A DNA stretch of 64,000 nt from the human T2T-CHM13v2.0 reference genome, Homo sapiens. Each line of letters starts with the position of its first letter. The stretch's first letter is position 1. Location of the stretch: assembly GCF_009914755.1 (NCBI RefSeq), contig NC_060929.1; one strand, given 5' to 3'. The notes under the pieces are model-generated. The model saw only the letters and a program-made list of their open reading frames with translations. It did not search any database and had not been told where the DNA came from. A program made the position numbers and the translations under genes. Below, piece after piece: positions 55,310-64,000 of this stretch.

Positions 55310-57660
55310 AATAAAAATAGTTGAAAAATTGTTGAGAAATAGGGCAATTATGCTATATGTCAAATAACATCAAATGATTTTCCAAAGAAATTCTACCTAT
55401 TTGCAAGCCAAATTGTATGCTATGATTCCTAGTCTATATCCTTGCCAATATTTGATAATATCTGACTTGTAAATTTTTGCTAATCTGGTATGTGTAAAAT
55501 GATTTCTTGGTATAAATTTGTGTTTTTCTTATTACAAGTAAAATTGAGCATCTTTAATGTGTATTTTTCTCTCCTATTAAGTGCCTATTTATTATTTCTT
55601 CTCCTGCTAAGTGGGTTTCTTTTTTAATTGGTTTGTTTTCTTTTTTACTGAAGAGTAGGAGTTATTTCTGTATTCTCAATTTTAATTTTTTGTGTTATTT
55701 GTGCTGTTAACTTTCTTCTCTAAATTTATGGTTTGCCTTTTCATTTTCTTTATATTTTGATAAACTAGAATTTTTAATCTTAATAAAATTAAATTCATCA
55801 ATCTTGTTCTTTATGTGTTGGGCTTATTGTATCTTGTTTAAATAACTTATCTGGAGATCATAAAAATATTCTATATTGTCTTCTAACATTTTTATAGTTT
55901 TACTTTCTGCACATAAGTCTTTAATATCCTTTGAAATTGATTATCGTACATGGTAGACATGGGCCCAAGTTTTCAGTTTTCTATAATGATGAAATTAATT
56001 ATTTCAGCACTTTGTATTGAAAGTCAATAATTTTGTTCCTCACTGATCTTCTGCTCCAGCTCTGACATAAATTAAGTTTCTGTATAAATGTACATGTTGT
56101 TTAAATTGGCCTCCTCCGGTATTACCAAGAGACAAAGTTGAGTTTATTGCATAGTGTGTTAAAAGAGAACATAACTTCACAAAATACTGGCAACATCCTA
56201 GAGTGGGGAAAGTAAGGTCAAAATTTATTGAGAAATGGAAGTGTGATTTAAGACTTGCCTTTTACTGTGAGGACTTGTTTAGTAGTAGGTAAGAATCATG
56301 ACACTTGAGGACTGGTGGGAAAAGTAAAGAGGGGATTTTGAGGTCAGGAATTCAACGCATCTCAGGGTGTAAACTGCTGATGTTTTCCATGGAAGAGTTG
56401 TTGAGTCTTTTGTAACATTCTTGTGATAAACAATAAAACCATTTGCTTTGACAGGACAGTCATGGAATAGTAAAGAAATGCTACGAAAATAGTGAAATAG
56501 CACAGTCATATTCATATGGGCAATAAGGTGTGGTTTCAGTTCTCAGTGTCCACACTTCATGCTTGAAGCATGAAAGTAAAAGGTTTTGGTTCTCAACATA
56601 TTTCTGGATTGTCTGTTCTGTTCAATTGGTCATTTTTTTTTTAAATTCCTGCTCTGATATAATCCTTTCCTAATTAATAGCATTCTAGTAATGCAGAATA
56701 TCTTGTAAGATAAGGGCCTCCCATCTCGTTTCCTTTGATGAGTTTCTTGGCTATTCTTGGCTCTTTCCATATCAATTTTAAATCAGCTTCCCAAGTTACT
56801 TACACATACACATGCACATACACAAAGCTTGTCAGAATTTGATTGCGATTTTAGTGAGTTATCAGTAAGTTGTGCCAGAATTGACTTACAATATTTAGTC
56901 TTCTAATCAATGAACATGGTATATCTCTCCATTTATATATGTTTTTCTTAATTTCCTTCACTAAAATTATAGAAATTACTACAAAGACCTTATACGTTTT
57001 TTGTTGTTTGTCTTAGCCATTTTATTAACTTTTTAGATGCTATTTTTGATGTTACTCATTAAAATTATCTATTTTAAACATTTATTTCTGGTATATACAA
57101 ATGTAATTAATTTCAATGTACTGATTTTTTGACCTAGCAATTTAATTTACTTTCCAATTAATTTTAATAATTTCCTTGTATATTCTTTCCTATTTTTTAA
57201 TGTGGACACTCATATTGTCTACGACTAATGACAGTTTTTATTTTCTTCCATTCTTGTTTTCATGCCTTTTATTTATTATTCTTGCTTTGCAATGCTGGAT
57301 AGGATCCATATTGAATAGAAATCTATTTCTTTTTTTTTTGTTTGAAAGTAAGGTGAGTGCTTGCAGTGTTTTATCATTAAGTAGGATGTTTATAGATTTT
57401 TCTATAGATGCTCTTTGATAAATTAGGAAAGTTTTCCATTATTCTTGGTTTGCTTAGAGGTTTTTTTTCAATCATAATTGCAAGTTAAATTGTATCAAAT
57501 ATTTTTCTTTTTTCTATCAGGATAATTATATAACATATAATTAATGTAATTAATTATTTTTCTAATATTAAATTAATATGTACTTCTGGATAAATCCAGT
57601 GCAGCTATGTTGTGTTGTATTTTCATTTATTGCTGAATTTTGATTGCCAGTATTTTGTGG
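55310..57660 (-). mobile_element. Ancient L1ME-like element (antisense), split by an LTR
   Basis: T-rich antisense L1 motifs (ttcttggctattcttgg; ttctaatcaatgaacatggtatatctctccattt; ttatcattaagtaggatgtt). Confidence 0.7.
56095..56598 (-). mobile_element. ERV1-class LTR (MER110-like)
   Basis: Inverted termini tgttg..caaca; gacaaagttgagtttattg and aaaatttattgag; composition differs from the surrounding L1. Confidence 0.55.
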
Positions 57661-57665
57661 TTGTC

Positions 57666-57967
57666 TTTTTTCTTTTTTTTTTTTTGAGACAGAGTCTTTC
57701 TCTGTCACCTAGGCTGGAGTGTAGTGGCGCAATCTCGGCTCACTGCAACTTCCACCTCCTGGATTGAAGCGATTCTCATGCCTCGGCTTCCTGAGTAATT
57801 GAGACTACAGGGGCATGCCACCATGCCTGGCTAATTTTTGTATTTTTAGTAGAGAGGGGCTTTCGCCATGTTGTCCAGGCTGGTCTCAAACTCCTGAGAG
57901 CAAGCAATTTGCCCACCACAGCCTCCCAAAGTGCTGGAGTTACAGGCATGAGCCACCTCACCTGGCC
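57666..57967 (-). mobile_element. Alu SINE (AluSz/J-like)
   Basis: poly(T), antisense dimer ending cctggcc. Confidence 0.93.
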
Positions 57968-58879
57968 TTTGTATTTAGATATTTACTCTTATCTAGTATC
58001 CCTCATGCTCCCTGGCTCACTGTAGCATATGCTGCTTGTTCCAACAAGCCAGGCTTATAGGGCATACTATTGAAATTTATGTGTCAGCACAATTGCCAGT
58101 TACTTCAAGTCACAGAATTTAGGGCTTGTTTCAAAAGTTAACACAACAAATATTACATCTACATATGCTGAGTGTTTAAGATATAACCCTGCATTTTTCA
58201 CTAAGATTTTATGAAAATTGCATAAATCAATAAGTGGAAATAATAAATGCAAATGGTATTATGATCATTATAAAGAAAAACTTTACATCTCTCTATGGAT
58301 TGCTTGGAATTCTATTTGACTGCTAATTGGGTATTGTTAACTATATATATTCAGTATGTAAGTGGCTATTACACAGAAGCAAATACTACAAATTATCTTA
58401 TTCCTCCTTCTAGAAAATGGACACTGAAAATTATATGTCTCATATTCTTTAATTTAGAAACAGAAAACCATAAGCTCATAAGCTCTGATAAAACTCTAGC
58501 TCTCAAAAATCATGCTGTAGCCAGAGACCATGGGTCTTTAGTTAGTGGGTAGCAAATAATCTGGACAGGATAAGAAACTGTTGATTCAGAGGTGATAATG
58601 AGACTAGGATCTGAACCATGGAGCCACTTAGAACAAGACAGACAAAGATGAAGCAGGGATTGTTTCTTTTAGGTATATTACAAATATCTAGGAGAAATAA
58701 TATTAGAGGAGAAGGTTCCTTTGTAAAGATTTACAGCTTTTGTCATAAAATCCCAGGGCTAGGTATACTAAATTTACTTGTCTATAAGGTGCCTGAATTT
58801 TCACATTACTTGGATAGTATCAAAACTCTTTGTATCTCTTTTTTATTTTGGGCATGCTCTAATAACTATCTCTAACAGA

Positions 58880-61800
58880 ACTATTTCTTTAACAAAAAAT
58901 TACATGAAATGGAAATTAAACATCCAATTTGTCAAGGAAGAATTCATAAGGGAAATTAGAAATATCTTGAGAACAAATGAAAATGAAAACACAACACACC
59001 AATATTTATGGGATGCAACAAAAATAGTACTAAAAGTGAGGTTTATATTTTCATTTGATAAATGAGTACGTTTCATGTAATAAATGAGTACGTTGAAAAA
59101 AGAAAAGATCTCAGATCAGCCACCTAACTTTATGCCTCAAAGGATAGAAAAATATCAACAAACTAAACCCAAAATTAACAGAAGAAAGGAAATAAAAAAG
59201 ATTAAAGCAGAAAAAACGAAGTAGAGAATGAAAAAACATTAGATAAAATTAAAAAAAAAAAAAACCTAAGACTTTTTTTTTTTAAGTTGACCAAATTGAG
59301 AAATCCTTGGCTAGATTAAGAAAAATAGAGAAAAGATTCATATAACAAAAATTAGAAAGGAAAGAGGAGACATTATAACTGAAGCCATAAAAATAAAATG
59401 GATCACAAGAAACTAATATAAACAGATATATTCTAACAAATTGGATAAGCTAAAAAAAGATAATAGGACCATACAATTTACCAAGTCTGAGTCATGAAGA
59501 AATAAAAATCTAAACAGATCTATAACTAATAAGATCAGATCAGTAATCAGAAACCTCCCAACAAAGAAAGACTCAGCACCAGAGGGCTTTGCTACAGAAT
59601 TCCACCAAACATTTAAAAAAGGAATTAACACCAGTCCTTCCCAAACTATTCCAAGAAATGGAACACTTCTTAATTCATTTTATGAGGCCAGTATTCCTCT
59701 GATACCAAAATCAGACAAAGATACTGCAAGAAAGGAAAACTACAGACCAATATCGCTGTGATAGATATTAATGCAAAAATCCTCAACAAAATACTAGCAA
59801 ACAGAATTCGACAACACATTAAAAGGATTATACACCATGGCCTAATGGAATTTATTACTGGAATACAAGGGTGGTTTCACACATGAAAATAAATCAGTGT
59901 AATGCACCATGTTAACAGAATGAAAGACACAATTATGTGATTATCTCAATTGATGCAGGAAAAGCATTTGACAAAATTAACATCCACTCATGATGAAAAC
60001 AGTTAACAAACTAGGAATGAAAGGAAATTACCTAAAGATAATAAAGGCCATATATGAAAAGCCCACAGCTAACATCATACACCAATGGTAACAAAACTTA
60101 GAGGTGCACTTACCTCTAAGTTCAGGAACAAGGCAAAAATGCCTACTCTCACCACTTCTGTTCAATGTAGTATTGGAAGCCTTCACCAGAGCAATTGGGC
60201 AGGAAAAAGAAATGGAAGAAATCCAAACTAGAAAAGAAGAAGTAAAATGATCTCTGTTCATAGAAGACATGATTTTACATGTAGAGAACCCTAAAGATTT
60301 CCCTAAGAAACCTGTTAGAATAAACCAGTTCAGTAAAGTTGCAGGATACAAAATCAGTACGCAAAAATCAGTTGCGTTTCTACATACCCACAATGAAAAA
60401 AATGAAAAGCAAACTAAGTAAATAACCCCATTTACAAACATCAAAAAGAATGAAATACTTAGGAATATACTTAGCCAAGGGGGAAGAAAGCAGGTACTCT
60501 GAAAAGTATAAAACGTTGCAGAATAAATTAAATAATGCACAAATAAATGAAAATTATATCTTGTTTCCATGAATTGGAAGAGTTAATATTGCTTAAATGT
60601 CCATACTACCCAAAGTGATTTACAGACTTAATGCAATCCCTATCAAAATCCCAACCACTTTTTTTTTTGGTAGGAATAGCGAAAACTATCCTAAAATTTT
60701 AACGGAATTGCAAAGGACCACAAATAAATGAAACAATATTGTGAAAGAAAAACGAAGGGGGAAGCCTCAAACTTTCTGATTTCAAAACATATTATAAGTC
60801 CACAGTAATTAAAACAGTATGGTACTGGTATAAAGACAGAGGTATAGACCAAAGGAACATAATAGATAGCCTAGAAATAAACCCTCACATTTATCATCAA
60901 ATTATCTTCAAAAGGGTACACAGTGGGGAAAGTATAATCTCTTCAACAAATGGTGTTGGGAAAACTGGATATCTACCTACAAAAAATAAAGTCAGGCTCT
61001 TAACTATATACTATATACAAACATTACCTAAAATGAATTAGAGACCTAAACATGAGACCTGAAACTACAAAACTCCTGGAAAAAAATACAGAGGAAATGC
61101 TTCTAATGTTGGATTTGGCAATTTTTTTTTGCATATCACACCAAAAGCACAGGCAACAAAAGTAAAAATAGACAAATGGGACTACATCAAACTCAAAAAC
61201 TTCTGTGCAGCAAAGGAAACAGTAAACAGAGTGAAAAAAAGCAACTGAATGAGAGAAAATATTTGCAAACTGCACATCTGATATATTAAATTAATATTCA
61301 GACTATGTAAAGAACTCCTACAACTCAACAACAACAGGAAACAATCCAATTAAAAATGGGCAAAGGACTTCAATAGACATTTCTCCAAAGAAGGTCTACA
61401 AATGGACAACAGCATGTGAAAAGATACTCATCACTTTTCATCAGGGAAACACAAATTAAAACCACAATGAGATATCACCTCATATTCGTTAGGATGGCCA
61501 CTATAAAAAAAAGAGAAGGCTGGGCATGGTGGCTCACGCCTGTAATCTCAGCACTTTGGGAGGCCAAGGCGGGTGGATCACGAGGTCAGGAGTTCAAGAC
61601 CAGCCTGGCCAAGATGGTGAAACCCTGTCTCTACTAAAAATACAAAAAAATTAGCTGGGCATGGTGGCGGGTACCTGTAACCCCAGCCACTAAACCTGAA
61701 AATTGTTGGTGAGGATATGGAGAAATTGAAAACCTTATGCACTGTTAGTGGGCGTGTAAAATGGTGCGGCTACTATGGAAAATATTATTGAAGTTCCTCA

Positions 61801-62250
61801 AAATATTAAAACTAGGATTAACATATAATCTAGAAATCCTTCTGGGTATTTATCCAAAATAATTGAAAACAGTATCTTAAAGAGATATTTGCACATTGAT
61901 GCAGCATTATTCATAATAGCCAAGTGGTGTAAGCAAACTAGATGTATACTGAAAGATTAATGGATAAAGAAAATGTGGTAGACACATACAATGGAATATT
62001 ACTCAACCTTAATAAAGGACATCCTATCATATGGTATAACATGAATGAACCTTAAGGATATTATGCTACACAAAAGAAGCCAGTCACAAAATGACAAATA
62101 CTATATGATTCTACTTACATGAGGTATCTATAGTAGTCAAACTCTTAGAAACAGAAAGTTGAATGGTGGTTGCCAGTGGTTGAGGGAGGGAGAAGAGGGG
62201 AGTTGTTCAATGGGTATACAGTTTCAGTTTTGCAAGATGGAAAAAAAGTA
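58880..62250 (+). mobile_element. L1MA/L1MB element (about 3.2 kb of ORF2 plus 3'UTR)
   Basis: Degenerate ORF2 (atgaaaatgaaaacacaaca; tctcaattgatgcag; ctctcaccacttctgttcaa) and 3'UTR gtagtcaaactc..gaatggtggttgccag..tttcagttttgcaagatg. Confidence 0.9.
61518..61691 (+). mobile_element. AluSg-like element lacking most of the right monomer and tail
   Basis: ggctgggcatggtggctcacgcc..ggatcacgaggtcaggagttc; stops at gtaaccccagccact. Confidence 0.9.
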
Positions 62251-62653
62251 CATGAATGTGCATTTAATTTGGCAATTATAAACCTTTGATTGTGGGAACT
62301 GCCCAGAGTGTCTAGTACAGTGGCTTGCATAAATAGGTTTAAGTAATGTTTATTAGACCAAATTATATTTATTGGCCAAGGTAGAAGAAGTTATTTATGA
62401 ATTTATAGACTAGGGCAGTGTTTCTCAGAATTTTAAAATGCATTGCCTTCTTTCATCAAGCACAAAAGCTCTTATCTTTTTTCGTGTTATTTGTAATTTC
62501 AAAATAAATTATACAGCATGATTAAAAATTTATACAATAGCAATTTTTGAATATATCTTGTCACACTGATCATAGGCCCATCCCTCACTGATTTCTGCAG
62601 CACACCCCTAGTTAGTATGTTTCCAAGCTTGAAATTGCTGCTGGAATCTAAAA

Positions 62654-62844
62654 CAGAGATGGCAAATAAAGGCACATATGCTTGTCACTGTCCCCTTTTT
62701 TTATACATGGCAGAAATGAATCATATTACTTTCTTTTCCAATGCACCCAGGCATAGCATCTGAACTCCTCTTAACACAACCCACATGGCAGCCACACCAA
62801 TGGATTGGTGTTAGTTGCAAGATGAGGTCAACTTTCCATCCTTG
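62654..62844 (-). mobile_element. MER105-like hAT MITE
   Basis: Termini cagagatggcaaata..tttccatccttg; internal ggcagccacaccaatggattgg. Confidence 0.6.
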
Positions 62845-63106
62845 GCTTAGGGTGTAATTTTCAGGTGCTTGAATTTATGTATAAGGGTCTGTGGATCAAA
62901 ATAATGTACACGCTGATGTTGCACATAGAACAACTGGAAAGAACTCTGAATGCAGGAGCTGCTCATCTAGCTGTGCCCATTCTGAGTACTCAAAAGTCTA
63001 CCTAGTTTGAGCATCTACGTACAATAACATGAATATCTGTCCCTTCAAAACATCTTTAAAAGATGGTGAAATTATATTTAGAGAATAGCTGAATATATAC
63101 TTTACA

Positions 63107-63415
63107 ATGTAAACTCTATCATTTACCATAAATATAATATATATGTAAACTCTATCATTTACCATATATAATATATGTATATATGGTACTATGGTATATA
63201 TATGGTACTATGGTATATATATGGTAATATATATAATAATATATGTAATATACCATATATAATATATGGAATATTATTCAACATTAATAAAGGACATCCT
63301 GTCATATGTTATAACATGCTGTTATAACATGAATGAATAATACATGTAATTTGCCATATATAACATATGGTGTATATATATGCTAAATGGTATATATATA
63401 TTTATGTATATATGC
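63107..63415. repeat. TA-rich low-complexity tract with internal direct and inverted repeats
   Basis: atgtaaactctatcatttaccata x2; taccatatata and tatatatggta units. Confidence 0.9.
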
Positions 63416-63715
63416 AATAGATTATGCTGTCTACCTCTGTTTTCTTCCAGTGTGGGACTATAGTTACTGAATCTACTGAAATGCTTGTGGGGCACATTCC
63501 GTGTTCATGTTCTCCACAATGGTGGTATATCACAAGACAAGTATACTAGGCATCTTATTTGGGAGCTCAAGAGTTTATTGTTTTTGTTTATTTTTGCTAT
63601 GAAGAAGTGCTTCTATCTTTTGCATCACAGTTTCTTATGTCTGTGGTCTGTCTGGCAATACAAACTCATTCAGGTGGATACATGTGTGTGCATGAGTGTG
63701 TGTCTTTGTGTGTGT

Positions 63716-64000
63716 TGACAGAGTTAAGAATATGCCACCTCAAAATATGCTGCCCTGGCATATTAGCTACTTAGAGTTAAAGGCACTTGGAAAACAGCAG
63801 CTACAAGAAGATTACTCTGACCTTCCTTCTGTTTCTTAAAAGCAGGGAATGAAATTCCCAGGTGAAAGATATCCTCCGTGTACCATAAGGAAAGTATCAT
63901 TCTCATCATCAAGGATGGGAAGCTGGGACCAAGGGAAATCTATACCAACAAACCTTGTTAAACTACCCTCATCCCCCTCATCACTTCTCTACCCAATTAA
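63716..64000 (+). mobile_element. MER34-family ERV1 LTR (runs off the window)
   Basis: tgacagag..gaatatgccacc.caaaatatgc..aaggcacttg.aaaacagcag..tctgaccttccttctgtttcttaaaagcagg. Confidence 0.8.

Noticed and set aside
60028-60570. Longest ORF (180 aa, minus strand), hydrophobic
   Set aside because: Antisense frame of L1 ORF2; the hydrophobicity reflects T-richness.

Overview
AT-rich non-coding DNA from an anthropoid primate, probably human; it is intronic or intergenic. I found no recognisable protein-coding gene, RNA gene or CRISPR array. The listed ORFs are broken LINE-1 ORF1/ORF2 fragments, Alu-derived frames or chance ORFs. Most of the window is layered transposon fossils. A full-length, ORF-disrupted L1PA8/PA10-like element (2651-9138, 13-bp TSD) sits inside an older L1M element. 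There are also four other L1 pieces, eight Alus, MaLR/ERVL/ERV1 solo LTRs (one nested in another), hAT MITEs, and L2/MIR remnants. A roughly 12-15 kb stretch (about 29-44 kb) has few recognisable TEs and two local CpG-retaining patches, which are candidate constrained regulatory elements. The most distinctive signals are local DNA-repair scars: a perfect 40-bp copy templated from 1 kb away, an L1 segment recopied into a TA-rich palindromic tract, a fold-back hairpin in an Alu linker, and a 73-bp tandem duplication. I cannot support a new multi-gene system. Subfamily names come from remembered consensus features, and boundaries without TSDs are approximate.
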